A stretch of DNA of 64,000 nucleotides from an uncultured delta proteobacterium (GCA_963727445.1 CAVSGI010000001.1:18227-82226); one strand, 5' to 3'; numbered from the stretch's first letter, positions 37,543-48,503 are shown. Program-made: numbers and translations. Notes: generated from the letters alone by a model not told the origin.

Positions 37543-38937
37543 CTACGGGCAGCGGCCGACGCTCACCGACCAGCTGAGCTCGTAGCCGTCACAGACCGCC
37601 GCCGGAGCGTCCTCGCGGGAGACGACGATGAAGAGCTGCCCCGAGTCATCCCGGGCGAAGCGATCGAGATCCAGGGAGATCTCCTCGTCGGTGGTGCCGG
37701 GGTTGTTGGAGCACGCCTCGAGCGGGTCGGAGGAGCGTTCGTAGTACGCGCACAGGGAGTAGTCGTCCGGGAGATTGGCGAGGGTGACCAGCGCGCACAT
37801 GCCGAGCTCGCGCGAGCTCTCCGTGACGTCGACCCCGACCCAATCCTGGGTGTCGTCCCCGGGGAAATAGCCGCGGATGGTCGCGCTGCCGACGTCGTCG
37901 ATGGGCGCGAAGAACTTCGCCTCGTCCCGCGTGTTGCCCAGGTCGTACATGTCGGCCCAGCGGCAGACGCCCTCGCCGGGCAGGTCGTCGGGCGAGAAGA
38001 CGGTGTCACGCATGAACTCGTAGGACGCGGTGCGCCAGGACGCGTTGAACTTGGGGTTGGTCGCCCACCTCGAAGCGTCGTCACTCGATGTCCACGCCGT
38101 TCGGTAGTAGTCGACGCCATTGTCGGCGAGCACGCGCTGGCCCGTCCCCGGGCCCGCGTTGAAGAAGACCGTCGACCAGAAGAACTGACCGACCGCATCC
38201 AGAGCGGCGAACTCGCTGGTGCCGATGGCGATCGCGGCTCGTTCACGAGCCCACGCGAACATCCCGGCGTTGGCGTAGAGCCCCTGCTCGATGGTCAGGC
38301 AGTTCAACGAGCGAACCGTCTCGCCCCGCTCGTTGACGCTGCTGGCGACGCAGGTGCCCGAGTCGACGAGCTCCACGATGTCGGGAGGCATGAAGGGACG
38401 CAGCGCGGCGAAGTTGTCGACGAGCGTGTCCACCCCGAAGAAGGTGAACCCGTCGACGTAGAGATCGCTTCCCGAGGCCTCCACCTCGTCCCAGGTCGGG
38501 ATGGACTCGGCCGCGTCCGGATCGGACATCGCGATGGTTCGCTTGAGGCCTTCGAGATCGAGGGCGAAGTAGCCGCCCTCGGTGATGAAGTTGATGGCCA
38601 CCGCCACCTCGTCGACCTCGGCCGCCGTGCCGCGGCTCGCGAGCGCTTCGTTCACGAAGGTCGTGACCTGTGGGAGCGCCGCCCGGAAGCGCTCCTCGCC
38701 CCAATTCGAGTCGTTGAAGAAGCCGTTGTAGCGCCGGGGCCGAACACCGTAGCGCGCCTGGATCTCCGCGGCGGTGATGTCGTAGAGATCGTTCCCCGAG
38801 GCATCGGCTTTGCCGTCCGATGCGGGATCGTAGGCCTCGAGACAGGCCGGATCCGTGCACTCGGGAGAGGTCGCGGGCGTCTCGCCGGCGCAGGCCGTGA
38901 TCGAGGTGAGACAAGCCAGAAGCAGAGCGTTTCGCAC
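37543..38937 (-). CDS. Lipoprotein with GKAD motif and C-terminal PPC-like domain
   Basis: GTG start at VRNALLLACLTSITAC; DGKAD; DTQDW..DYSL..SNNPGTTDEEI. Confidence 0.7.
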   Translation of the reverse strand: MRNALLLACLTSITACAGETPATSPECTDPACLEAYDPASDGKADASGNDLYDITAAEIQARYGVRPRRYNGFFNDSNWGEERFRAALPQVTTFVNEALASRGTAAEVDEVAVAINFITEGGYFALDLEGLKRTIAMSDPDAAESIPTWDEVEASGSDLYVDGFTFFGVDTLVDNFAALRPFMPPDIVELVDSGTCVASSVNERGETVRSLNCLTIEQGLYANAGMFAWARERAAIAIGTSEFAALDAVGQFFWSTVFFNAGPGTGQRVLADNGVDYYRTAWTSSDDASRWATNPKFNASWRTASYEFMRDTVFSPDDLPGEGVCRWADMYDLGNTRDEAKFFAPIDDVGSATIRGYFPGDDTQDWVGVDVTESSRELGMCALVTLANLPDDYSLCAYYERSSDPLEACSNNPGTTDEEISLDLDRFARDDSGQLFIVVSREDAPAAVCDGYELSWSVSVGRCP

Positions 38938-39001
38938 CGAGCGCGAGCGTAACACGCCCTCCCCGTCCCGCGCACGCTCCCAGGTGTATCCTCGAGGGGT
39001 C

Positions 39002-40054
39002 GTGCGCCCGTTCACCATCGCTCTCTCGGCTCTGGCACTCACGCTCTGCGCGTGCGGAGACGACGGCGCGACGCCCGACGGCGGCGGGGCTGACGCCGAC
39101 ACCGGAACGACGACCCGCGACGGCGCCGCGGATGGCACGACACCCGACACCGGTGGCGCCGCCGACGCAGGCCCCACCGGCGACCTGCCGAGCGGGGACA
39201 TGGGCATCGCTTCTCGCCATCCGGGCGACGAGGGCATCGACACAGACCCCGACGTGATCTTCGCCGACGACTTCGAGAGCTACGGTGATGCATCGGAGCT
39301 CGGGGGCCGCTGGAACGGCAACACCTTCGGGATCCTCGACATCGTGCGTGACGGGGCCAACGTCTACGCCGGCAGTCAGGCCCTGCAGATGACCCAGCCT
39401 CAGCAGGACGCGGAGCACTCGAACGGCGTCCAGCGTCTGGTCGATCCCGAGCTCGATGTGCTCTTCCTGCGCTGGTACGCGAAGCTCGCCCCCAGCTTCG
39501 ACGTGGTGGGCTCGAGCCACAACGGCGCAGGCATCTCCGCTCACTACTTCATGGGATTCATGTCGACGCCTGGCATTCCGGCGGACGGCACGAACAAGTT
39601 CCTGATCGAGTACGAGTGCTGGCGGGGAGAGGCCTCCGATCCGAGCCCGGGGAGCCTCAACGTCTACATCTATCACCCCGAGCAGCGCAGCGACTACGGC
39701 GACCACTTCTTCCCGAACGGAGACGTTCTACCCAACACCAGCATCCCCGGCGACTTCGGCCCGGACTTCGTGCCCCGACCGAACGTCACCCCGGAGCTCG
39801 ACCGCTGGTACGCCTACGAGGTCATGTTGAAGGCGAACACCCCCGGCATGCGTGACGGGCGCATCGCCCTGTGGCTCGACGGAGAGCTCATCGCCGACTT
39901 CCCGAACCTGAGGCTTCGCGACGTCGACACGCTGACGATCGACCGCTTCGGTCTCTCCCTGCACGCGGGCTCGAATCCTTCGAGCGAGACCTACAAGTGG
40001 TACGACAACGTCGTCGCCGCCCACTCGTACATCGGGCCGCTCTACTCGCCCTGA
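39002..40054 (+). CDS. Lipoprotein with concanavalin/polysaccharide-lyase-like beta-sandwich
   Basis: LCAC lipobox; VIFADDFE, RWYAYEVMLKANTPG..DGRIALWLDG, YDNVV. Confidence 0.7.
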   Translation: MRPFTIALSALALTLCACGDDGATPDGGGADADTGTTTRDGAADGTTPDTGGAADAGPTGDLPSGDMGIASRHPGDEGIDTDPDVIFADDFESYGDASELGGRWNGNTFGILDIVRDGANVYAGSQALQMTQPQQDAEHSNGVQRLVDPELDVLFLRWYAKLAPSFDVVGSSHNGAGISAHYFMGFMSTPGIPADGTNKFLIEYECWRGEASDPSPGSLNVYIYHPEQRSDYGDHFFPNGDVLPNTSIPGDFGPDFVPRPNVTPELDRWYAYEVMLKANTPGMRDGRIALWLDGELIADFPNLRLRDVDTLTIDRFGLSLHAGSNPSSETYKWYDNVVAAHSYIGPLYSP

Positions 40055-40173
40055 AGACCGACGATCGGAAAGCGATTCGCGTCGTGGCCGAAGCGGAGCA
40101 TCCGCGCGGCGCAGTGCTCGGTGGCTCTACGGATTGAACGGCAGCGCGGACTTTCGTCTACACTCGTGAACAG

Positions 40174-41352
40174 ATGATCGACGGTTCGCGCCTCGTGCTC
40201 CTGGTCCTCCTCTGCGCCGCTTGCGGATCCGGCGCGACCTCCGATGGGGGCCATGACGCCGCCGCCGACGCCGCTGACACGCCCGACGCCGACGCTGCGG
40301 TGAGCGCGGATGGGGGAGACGGCGGGGACGGGGGTGGAGACGGCGGCGCGTCGGACGGCGGCCTCCCCGGCGGTCCCTTTCCCGAGGGTGCCCCCTTCGA
40401 GACGGCCGAGGAGATCTGGGAGTACGCCGAGGTGGAGGGCGCCGTGTGCGGCAACGGCAGTCCGCTCGGCGTCGCGGTCAACCGAAGCACGGCCTCGAAC
40501 GACGTGCTGCTCTTCTTCGCCGGCGGGGGCGCGTGCTGGGACGTCAACACCTGCTTCGTGCTGCGTTCGGCGGTGCACCTCGACGAGAACGTCGGCGAAG
40601 CGGTGGTCCTCGGCGAAGCGCAGGCGAGCGCGCTCCGCGTCTTCCTCGATCGGGACGATCCCGACAACGCCTTCCCCGACGCGAGCTACGTATACGTTCC
40701 GTACTGCACGGGTGACGTCCACGCGGGGACGCGGGTCGCGACCTACGAGGCGCTCGGGATGACGCGCATGGTCCACCACGTCGGCGCGACCAACACCGAC
40801 CTCATCCTCTCGCGCATGCGGGCGACGTGGTCCGAAGCGGAGCGCGTCTGGGTCACCGGGGTGAGCGCGGGCGGCTACGGGACGACGATGCACTGGTGGC
40901 GTGTCGCCGAGGCCTTCCCGGCCGCACGCGTCGACGCGCTCTCCGACTCGGGCCTCCCCATCGCGCCCAGCGCGGCGCGCATGGCGGAGATGCGCAGCGC
41001 GTGGGCGCCCCGCTTTCCTCCGGGATGCGCCGAATGCGAGACCGAGATGGGATTCGCCGGCCTTTTGCCCCATTACGCCGCGACCCGGCCCGAGGACGCA
41101 CAATACGGTCTCCTCGCCTACACCCACGACGGTGTCATCGGACTCTACTTCGATCGTGACGGCGCCGCGGTGGAGCGCGCGCTCGGGGCCCTGCGCACCG
41201 CCGCTCCTCCTTCCCAGCGGACCTTCTACGTCGATGGCGTCGACCACGTCCTGTCGCCGATGCCCGCCCTGACACGCGACGGCGTCTCGATCGCCGACTT
41301 CGTCCGTCGATTCGCCACGCGCGATCCGACGTGGGAGCACGTCGGGCCCTGA
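40174..41352 (+). CDS. Pectinacetylesterase-family hydrolase lipoprotein
   Basis: CGNGSP, FFAGGGACW, VPYCTGDVH, GVSAGG, DSG. Confidence 0.85.
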   Translation: MIDGSRLVLLVLLCAACGSGATSDGGHDAAADAADTPDADAAVSADGGDGGDGGGDGGASDGGLPGGPFPEGAPFETAEEIWEYAEVEGAVCGNGSPLGVAVNRSTASNDVLLFFAGGGACWDVNTCFVLRSAVHLDENVGEAVVLGEAQASALRVFLDRDDPDNAFPDASYVYVPYCTGDVHAGTRVATYEALGMTRMVHHVGATNTDLILSRMRATWSEAERVWVTGVSAGGYGTTMHWWRVAEAFPAARVDALSDSGLPIAPSAARMAEMRSAWAPRFPPGCAECETEMGFAGLLPHYAATRPEDAQYGLLAYTHDGVIGLYFDRDGAAVERALGALRTAAPPSQRTFYVDGVDHVLSPMPALTRDGVSIADFVRRFATRDPTWEHVGP

Positions 41353-41388
41353 ACGGCCTCTGGGCCCCGCTTCGAGCGCGAGCTCGGC

Positions 41389-41601
41389 TTGGTGTTGGTC
41401 CGTGCGACGCGAGATGGGCTCGCGGTCGACACCCAGGTGCTCGGCGCCCGCTTTCACGAGACGGCGAACGCCGAGATCGCGCGCGCCCTGGGTACGTCGG
41501 TCAATACGGTACGCAATCAGCTCCGCGGTCTCTTCCGCAAGCTGGGCGCCAGCACCCGCGCCGAGGCCATCGCGCTGAGCCTCGGCCACGGCGATCGCTG
41601 A
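41389..41601 (+). pseudogene. LuxR-type HTH fragment
   Basis: NAEIARALGTSVNTVRNQLRGLFRKLGASTRAEA with no credible N-terminus. Confidence 0.6.
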
Positions 41602-41636
41602 GCACGCGGGAGGGCTTCGCTGACGCATCCGAGCCA

Positions 41637-41712
41637 AAACTTAGCCAATTGGAAAAGTTTCTCTTGACCCCGCTCTCGAGGGAATCTAATAGTTAGCCAT
41701 ATGGCAAACCAT
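41637..41712 (+). promoter_or_regulatory. Sigma70-like promoter flanked by two palindromic operators
   Basis: aaacttagccaattggaaaagttt (41637-41660) and atagttagccatatggcaaaccat (41689-41712); TTGACC (41664) with 17-bp spacing to TAATAG (41687). Confidence 0.7.
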
Positions 41713-42042
41713 GGTACGACGCTCGATGCCGCGTACCACGCGCTCTCGGACGCGACGCGGCGGGCCGTCATCGAGAGGTTGGTCGCGGGTCCGGCGACCA
41801 TCAGTGAGCTGGCAGAGCCGCACGCGATCACCCTGCCGACGTTCATGAAGCACTTTCGGGTGCTCGAGGACAGCGGGTTGGTGCGGTCTGAGAAGCGGGG
41901 ACGCGTTCGCACCTGCTACTTGGAGCCTCTGGCGCTCCGCAGCGCCGAGGCTTGGTTTTCCCAGCAACGCCGCCGAATGGAGCGGAAGCTCGATCGGCTC
42001 GCATCGTTGGCCGAGGAAATGGAAAGGAAGTCGAAGAAATGA
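41701..42042 (+). CDS. ArsR/SmtB-family regulator
   Basis: ALSDATRRAVIERL..TISELA..KHFRVLE.SGLV..EKRGR. Confidence 0.92.
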   Translation: MANHGTTLDAAYHALSDATRRAVIERLVAGPATISELAEPHAITLPTFMKHFRVLEDSGLVRSEKRGRVRTCYLEPLALRSAEAWFSQQRRRMERKLDRLASLAEEMERKSKK

Positions 42043-42524
42043 GCGTTGTCCACGATACATTCACAATCGTTCGTGAAATCGCGGCCTGTCGGGAGCACGT
42101 CTTCGCGGCTTGGGCCAATCCCGAGCTGAAGCGACGCTGGTTCGTCGACAGCGACGGCCCACAGTGGACCGAGCGCGACTACAGGCTCGACTTTCGCGTC
42201 GGTGGCAGGGAGACGGGGCGCTTCATACTCACCGAGGGCCCGGGCGCCGGCGAGCACGCCAACGTCACGCACTACCTGGACATCGTCGACGGCGAGCGCA
42301 TCGCCTTTGCGTACACCATGGCGATCGATGGTCGCATCCACTCTGCTTCGCTCACGACGGTGACGTTCGAAGACAAAGGCGGCGGCACGCGCCTCTCGTA
42401 CACCGAACAGGGCGCGTTTTTCGGGGCGTCCGACGGCGCCCAGATGCGTCGGGGCGGCTGGGTGAAGCTGCTCGAGGCGCTCGACGGCGTACTGGAAGAG
42501 ACCAAGGGGCAGATGGGGGCGTGA
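42039..42524 (+). CDS. SRPBCC/AHSA1 domain protein
   Basis: HDTFTIVRE..VFAAW..W, DFRVGG, GTRLSYTEQ, GW..LL. Confidence 0.9.
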   Translation: MSVVHDTFTIVREIAACREHVFAAWANPELKRRWFVDSDGPQWTERDYRLDFRVGGRETGRFILTEGPGAGEHANVTHYLDIVDGERIAFAYTMAIDGRIHSASLTTVTFEDKGGGTRLSYTEQGAFFGASDGAQMRRGGWVKLLEALDGVLEETKGQMGA

Positions 42525-42554
42525 GCGGTCCTCGGATGACCGCTGCCGCCGGAC

Positions 42555-44153
42555 CTATTCGAGCGTCGTGAGGCTGAGCGGGGTCAGCTCCGTACGCACC
42601 GACGCTCCCATTCGGTAGTAAGGGCCGTTGGGCGTGACCGAGTAGCAGTCGCTCGGCGTGCCCATGTAGACGGGGCCAGTGTATTCGGCATCGGCCTCTA
42701 CGACGTCGCGGACGCGCAAGACCGGGCCGACGGATGCGCACGCCTCGTAGTCGTCCTGGAAGAACAACGTGGTGGCGGCGTCGGGCAGCGGCTGGCTCGG
42801 GGGGATGACGGCGAGTGGCTCGGTGCACCCCGCGTCGGCGTATTGCGCGGTATCGAGCAGCGCGTGAACGGTGTGTTCGGAGGGAAGACAGGCGAGGCTG
42901 TCGTCGGGGAACGCCACCGGAGCGCAACGCTCGCCCGCCTCTTCGAAGTACGCGGTGGCGCCGTGGAACGGGGTGTCGGCGATACCCGGAAAGAGGAACA
43001 CGCCGTCGTCGCGAACGAGATAGAGCGTCCGCATCGGTCCCGCTCCGCGCGGCGCGCTGTCGAGCGGCAGCATCTCGAGCGGCACCACGCGATAGACGTG
43101 GTCGGTGCCCGGGGTCATCACGTCCGCGAGGGGCGTCTCGACGCAGGTGTCTCCGCTCCGACGAAACACGGGACCCGTGATCTCCGTGTCGCGGCGGCCG
43201 ATCGTCAACATCGTCCCGCCGCTCGCCAGCGTCTCGAAGGTGTACACCACCTCGGGCAGATCTCCACACTCGGGCAGCGCCGGCGGACGCGTCGCCACCA
43301 CCGGAACGGTGCAGGCATCGTCCGCGTAGACGTCGCTGAGGGAGTACAAGTTGTCGATCGGCAGACAACCTCGGTCGGCGATCGCGAGTGCATGGGACGG
43401 CCCACAGGGACCGTAGCGCGGATCGACCCCGCGCACGGTTCGGCGCGCGCCATCCTCGGCCACCCACCTCTGTACGCCCAGGGCGTCGCCGTCGGGCACC
43501 GTCTCCAGCTCGCCCGCGACGAACGCGTCCGGAGGCACGACCGCGTCCGTCCTGCCGAAGGTGCCCTCCGGCGGCGGATCGCGCGGCCCATCGCACGACC
43601 CCACGACGCCGTCGTAGTACGCGGTGGGCGCGCTGATCGGAGTCACGCTGCGGACCTCGTTCACGAGTCCTTCATGGCCACAGGCCGGCGTGATCATCGT
43701 CGAGAGCTGCACGTGCGTCGCCTCACCGCACTCGGGCCGGAAGTTGACGACGATCGGATCGTCGTCACAGGTCGCAGACACGTGCCCGGTCGGCGAGTTT
43801 CCGGGGAGCAACGGCAGACAGCGCAGTCGACCGTCCGTCGCGTAGGCGAAGTCGCAGTACACCTCGAGCTCGCTGTCCCACCACGCGTAGAACACGGGGT
43901 CGGCGCCCTCCCCGACGATGACCTTCGCTTGGAGCCGCGAGCCGCTCACCAGCGCCGGCAGGAAGCGGTCAGGGGTATCGGGCAGGCCGCCGTCCCCCAT
44001 CGATCCGTCGCTGCCGGCGTCACCGTCGGTGGCCCCGTCCATGGTCATGCCATCGGCGGCTGCGTCTGTGGGGCCCGTCGCGCTGTCGTCCCCACACGCC
44101 GTGATGGCGAGCGCGCCCAGGATCAGAACTCTCGAGGTCTTGCCCATACCCAC
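42555..44153 (-). CDS. Cys-containing repeat lipoprotein
   Basis: ITAC lipobox; SGSRL, DGRLRCLP, repeated YADxxCT. Confidence 0.72.
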   Translation of the reverse strand: MGMGKTSRVLILGALAITACGDDSATGPTDAAADGMTMDGATDGDAGSDGSMGDGGLPDTPDRFLPALVSGSRLQAKVIVGEGADPVFYAWWDSELEVYCDFAYATDGRLRCLPLLPGNSPTGHVSATCDDDPIVVNFRPECGEATHVQLSTMITPACGHEGLVNEVRSVTPISAPTAYYDGVVGSCDGPRDPPPEGTFGRTDAVVPPDAFVAGELETVPDGDALGVQRWVAEDGARRTVRGVDPRYGPCGPSHALAIADRGCLPIDNLYSLSDVYADDACTVPVVATRPPALPECGDLPEVVYTFETLASGGTMLTIGRRDTEITGPVFRRSGDTCVETPLADVMTPGTDHVYRVVPLEMLPLDSAPRGAGPMRTLYLVRDDGVFLFPGIADTPFHGATAYFEEAGERCAPVAFPDDSLACLPSEHTVHALLDTAQYADAGCTEPLAVIPPSQPLPDAATTLFFQDDYEACASVGPVLRVRDVVEADAEYTGPVYMGTPSDCYSVTPNGPYYRMGASVRTELTPLSLTTLE

Positions 44154-44278
44154 CCCTGTCCTCGAAGCAGTACCACATCTCGGCGCCCGGGTGTCCGCGG
44201 GACACGATCACCAAGCGTTGGGGATATCGCTGGCCGATCGGAGTGCGCAACGTAGCGTCCTGCGCTAAGTCTGCGCCC

Positions 44279-46699
44279 GTGAATCGTCGGCTGGCCGAAG
44301 TGTCGTCCACGCTCTCACTGCTCCTCTTCGCCGGGTGCGGTGAGCCGGACGCGGCTTCGCCCGATGGCGGGTCGCCGGATGCAGGGGACGCGGCTGTGTC
44401 GATGCCGAGGAGGCCGGAGCCGCCCACCGCGCCACAGGCGGCGGCGCTCCCCGAGATGGGGCCGTGCCCACGGGGGTGGCGCACGGTCGAGGTCGAGGGG
44501 ATCGATGTCTGCGAGCCCTGGCCCGAGAGCGGCCGCGCAGACTGCGGAACGAGCGCGTTTCACCTCCCGGGCTCCGCCGGCTGCGCGCGCGTCGGGCCCG
44601 CGTGCCCGACCGGTGACTTCGCCGATGGGCTACCCGCGACGGGCGTTCTCTACGTGACCGCGGACGGCACCGGCGACATTGGAGCGGACGGTTCGCGGGC
44701 CCGACCCTTCGAGTCGATCGAGGCGGCGCTCGCCGCAGCGTCCCCGGGCTCCACCATCGCCCTGTCGAAGGGCGAGCACGTCCTCACCGATGGGCTCCGG
44801 CTCGAGTCGGCGATCACCATGGTGGGCGCCTGCACGGAGGCGACCGTCGTGCGCAACGCGCCGGAGATGCCGGTGGCGGGAGCACCGCTCGACTCGACCC
44901 TCAAGCTCACCGCGGCCGGTGCAGCAGTTCGGAGCCTGACCGTCACGGGAGACCGAGCTGGTCTCCTGGTCAATGCCGCCGACACGACGATCGAGGGCGT
45001 GGTCGTCGATCGGGCCTACGCGCTGGGCCTGGGTCTGTTGGGTGGGGCGGACGTGGTCGTCCGCGACTTCGTCGTCCGCGGCACCCGGCCGGCCGTCGAC
45101 GGTCGTTTCGGACGCGGCGTCAACGCAGACAGCGGCGCCCACGCGACGTTCGAGCGCGTCGCGCTCGTCGAGAACCGCGAGGTCGCGGTGAGCGTCTCCG
45201 ACACCGGGACCACGGTGTCGCTCACGAACGCGGTCATCGCCGACACGCTTCCGCGCGCCGACGACGACTGGTTCGGGCGAGCGTTCGCGGTGCAAGGGGG
45301 CACCGTCCGGGTCGAAGCGAGCGCCATCGAGCACAACCGCCACGATGCCGCGTTCGTCAAGGACGCCACCTTCGAGATGGTCGACTCCGTGCTGCGAGAC
45401 ACCGAGCCCCAACAGACCGAGACGCACTACGGCAGCGGCATGCTCTTGTCGGGGAGCGACGTGATGCTCCAGCGGCTACGGATCGAACGGAACACGTCGG
45501 TGGGGGTGCTGGCGGGGAGCGGATCGACGCTTCGGGCCGAGGACCTCGTGGTGATCGACAGCGCGCCACGGCCGACCGGAGACGCGGGCCTCGGCATCGA
45601 GGTGACCGGCGGCGCCACCGCTCAGGTCAGCCGTGCGTATCTCGCCGGTCATGCGGCGGCCGCGGTCGCCGTGACCGAGGCGTCGCAGCTGACGGTGGAG
45701 GACTTCACGATACGAAGGTCCGTGGGTCGACTGGACGGAGGCGACGGGGTCGGTGTGTCGCTGACCGATGACGCCGTCTTCACCGCCACGCGGCTCGACA
45801 TCGAGAACGTTCGGGACGCTGGCATCTACGTGCGCACCGGCTCTCGCGCCGACATCACGGACCTCCGCATCGCCGACGTGCGCTTCGACCTGGTCGATCG
45901 CGACTATGGTCGCTCGATCAGCGTGGAGATGGGGGGCTCGCTGACGCTCGAGCGCGCTCGGCTCGAACGGGCCGATCAGGCGCACCTGGTGGTCCTGATG
46001 GGCAGCACCGCGACGCTGTCGAACCTCGCGATCATCGGACCCAATCCACCCGACGACGGTCGCGGCAACATCCAGCTCCTCGGCATGGGGCTCGCGGTGC
46101 AGGAGAACAGTCAGGTCACGGCTGACCGGGTGTCGGTCCTGGATACGATCGGGTTCGGCGTCCTGGTCGGCGACGAGGGAAGTGCACTCGTCGCGACCAA
46201 CCTGGCGATCGACTCCGTCGACACCACGACGCCCTTCGACGTCGGCCCCTTCGGGCGAGGGATGCAGGTGCAGCGAGGCGCGTCCATCGAAGGAAGCGCC
46301 ATCGACGTACGGCGCTCTCACTCCTACGGACTGGTCTCCGCGAACCCGGGCAGCCAGATGCGGCTCGAGGACGTGACCGTCCGAGACACCCTCACCGCGT
46401 GCGAGCGGGGCGAGTGCGGGGAGGAAGGGGGCTACGGGGCGGCGGCGCTCTTCGAAGGACAGATGCGCCTCGAACGCTTCGGCATACTCGACAACGCCGT
46501 TTGTGGAGCGCAGGTCGCGCGCCAGGGCCAGCTCGATCTGGTCGACGGCACCGTGCGCGGCCACCCGATCGGCGTGAACATCCAGAACGATGGCTACGAC
46601 TTCGGTCGGCTCTCGACCGACGTTCGCTTCGTGGACAACGTCCGAAACATCGACGCAGACAATCTGCCCCTGCCCGATCCCGACGTCGACGTCTTCTGA
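44279..46699 (+). CDS. Right-handed parallel beta-helix lipoprotein
   Basis: LFAGC lipobox; GADGSRARPFESIEAAL; many G.GV.V..G/N repeats. Confidence 0.8.
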   Translation: MNRRLAEVSSTLSLLLFAGCGEPDAASPDGGSPDAGDAAVSMPRRPEPPTAPQAAALPEMGPCPRGWRTVEVEGIDVCEPWPESGRADCGTSAFHLPGSAGCARVGPACPTGDFADGLPATGVLYVTADGTGDIGADGSRARPFESIEAALAAASPGSTIALSKGEHVLTDGLRLESAITMVGACTEATVVRNAPEMPVAGAPLDSTLKLTAAGAAVRSLTVTGDRAGLLVNAADTTIEGVVVDRAYALGLGLLGGADVVVRDFVVRGTRPAVDGRFGRGVNADSGAHATFERVALVENREVAVSVSDTGTTVSLTNAVIADTLPRADDDWFGRAFAVQGGTVRVEASAIEHNRHDAAFVKDATFEMVDSVLRDTEPQQTETHYGSGMLLSGSDVMLQRLRIERNTSVGVLAGSGSTLRAEDLVVIDSAPRPTGDAGLGIEVTGGATAQVSRAYLAGHAAAAVAVTEASQLTVEDFTIRRSVGRLDGGDGVGVSLTDDAVFTATRLDIENVRDAGIYVRTGSRADITDLRIADVRFDLVDRDYGRSISVEMGGSLTLERARLERADQAHLVVLMGSTATLSNLAIIGPNPPDDGRGNIQLLGMGLAVQENSQVTADRVSVLDTIGFGVLVGDEGSALVATNLAIDSVDTTTPFDVGPFGRGMQVQRGASIEGSAIDVRRSHSYGLVSANPGSQMRLEDVTVRDTLTACERGECGEEGGYGAAALFEGQMRLERFGILDNAVCGAQVARQGQLDLVDGTVRGHPIGVNIQNDGYDFGRLSTDVRFVDNVRNIDADNLPLPDPDVDVF

Positions 46700-46915
46700 G
46701 GAGTCGCATCCGTTTCGACGGCTCCTCGCCCGAGATCGCTCGGAGCGAGCGCAGCCGTCCAAGCCCGAAAACCACGCCCGACCCTCGAAAGAAGGGGGCC
46801 GAGCGGCGAAATAGGCCGCAAAGCCGCGATCGAGGCTTAACCAGAAAGGAGAACCGGGGATTGGAAAGCCAGGCCGTCTGGGACGACCTCATGAGGAAAG
46901 AAGGAGAATTCTTGC

Positions 46916-48424
46916 ATGCGCAATGACCAACTCGGGGCCGCGGCGCTCGTCGCCGTGATGATGTTCGGTTGTGGGGAAAGCCATGTCATGGACGTTCCGC
47001 CTCCGGATCCGGGCGACGTCACCGAAACGGCGGTGACCATCGGCCCCGACGGAGGGATCGTCGACGCCGGCTCACTGAGCCTCGAGATCCCCGCGGGTGC
47101 GCTCGCCGAGGACACGGAGATCCGCATCATCCCCACCGCCGATGCGGCCCCGGAGGCCTTCGATGCGTTCTCACCCGTGTTCCGTTTCGAGCCGGCGGGC
47201 CTGTCCTTCGACGTGCCCGCAACCGTTCGCTTGCCTTTCGCGGGCGACGAGTCCGTGGCCACCATCTTCTGGACGCGCGCCGGAGGCGACGAGTTCATCG
47301 CGCGGGCCACGCACATCGAGGACGGGCTGGCCGTCACCGAGGTGAGCCACTTCAGCCGCGCGTTCGTCGGCACGGCGTGCACCGGAAGCTGCTGCGGCCG
47401 GGGACGCGGCGACCTCGACGTGCTCATGGCCATCGACAACTCGAACTCCATGGCCGAGGAGCAGGCATCGCTGGCCGTGCAGCTCCCACGCGTCGCCGAG
47501 ATCCTCGCGAGCGGCGACCTCGAGGGTGACGGCGTCCAGGACTTTCCGGCGGTCGAGACGCTTCATATCGGCATCGTCACCGCCGACATGGGCGCCGGCG
47601 GGTTCGCCGTGCCCACCTGCGATCCAGCCGACTTCGGCGACGACGGCATCCTGCGCACCGAAGGCTCGGGTGTGCTCCCCAGCTGCGCGCCGACCTACCC
47701 CGGATACGCGACCTACGTCGCCGACGAACCCGGGGCCGACCCCTCGGCCTTCGCCACCGACGTGGCTTGCGTGGCGGTGGCGGGCACGGGCGGTTGCGGC
47801 TTCGAGCAGCAGCTCGAGGCGGCGCTCAAGGCGGTGACGCCTTCGACGTCCTCCGTGACTTTCTCCGAGGGGACCCCCGGCCACGGCGACAACACCAACG
47901 CCGGATTCGTCCGAGCCGACTCGGTTCTGGCGGTCCTCGAGGTGACCGACGAGGACGACTGCTCGGTGAGCGACCCGGAGCTCTTCAACCCGTCGAGCCT
48001 TCTGTACACCGAGGATCTCAACCTCCGCTGCCACGCGCATCCCGACGCGATGCAGCCCGTCGCGCGCTACGCCGACGGCCTCCTCGCCATGCGCACCGAT
48101 CCCGGCGACGTCATCTTCGCAGCCATCGCCGGCATCCCGCCCGGTCTCGGCGGCTCCTCCCCCGACTACGCTGCGATCCTGAGCGACCCGCTGATGACCG
48201 AAGAGGTCGATCCCGCGATGCCCACGCGTCTTCGTCCCTCCTGTGACGTCGCCGGCCGCGGCCTCGCCTTCCCCCCGCGACGCATCGTGGAGACGGCCGA
48301 GGCCATCGACGCGGCCGGGGGTACGGGTGTCCTCGCCTCGATCTGCGACGAGGACTTCACCCCTGCGGTGGACGCGATCCTCACGAAGGTCGCCGAGCGC
48401 CTCTCGGGGGTCTGCGCCCCCTGA
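46916..48424 (+). CDS. Lipoprotein with ZU5-like and myxobacterial vWA-like domains
   Basis: TIGPDGG..LEIPAGAL..HFS; DVLMAIDNSNSMAEEQ, GCGFEQQLEA, TDEDDCS, SIC. Confidence 0.8.
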   Translation: MRNDQLGAAALVAVMMFGCGESHVMDVPPPDPGDVTETAVTIGPDGGIVDAGSLSLEIPAGALAEDTEIRIIPTADAAPEAFDAFSPVFRFEPAGLSFDVPATVRLPFAGDESVATIFWTRAGGDEFIARATHIEDGLAVTEVSHFSRAFVGTACTGSCCGRGRGDLDVLMAIDNSNSMAEEQASLAVQLPRVAEILASGDLEGDGVQDFPAVETLHIGIVTADMGAGGFAVPTCDPADFGDDGILRTEGSGVLPSCAPTYPGYATYVADEPGADPSAFATDVACVAVAGTGGCGFEQQLEAALKAVTPSTSSVTFSEGTPGHGDNTNAGFVRADSVLAVLEVTDEDDCSVSDPELFNPSSLLYTEDLNLRCHAHPDAMQPVARYADGLLAMRTDPGDVIFAAIAGIPPGLGGSSPDYAAILSDPLMTEEVDPAMPTRLRPSCDVAGRGLAFPPRRIVETAEAIDAAGGTGVLASICDEDFTPAVDAILTKVAERLSGVCAP

Positions 48425-48503
48425 AGGCGAGCTCATTCGCGATCCTCGGCTGGGCGCGCGCGTGCCCCGGAGGCGGGCGGCTGGCTTTCCGCTATCCTCC
48501 AGC

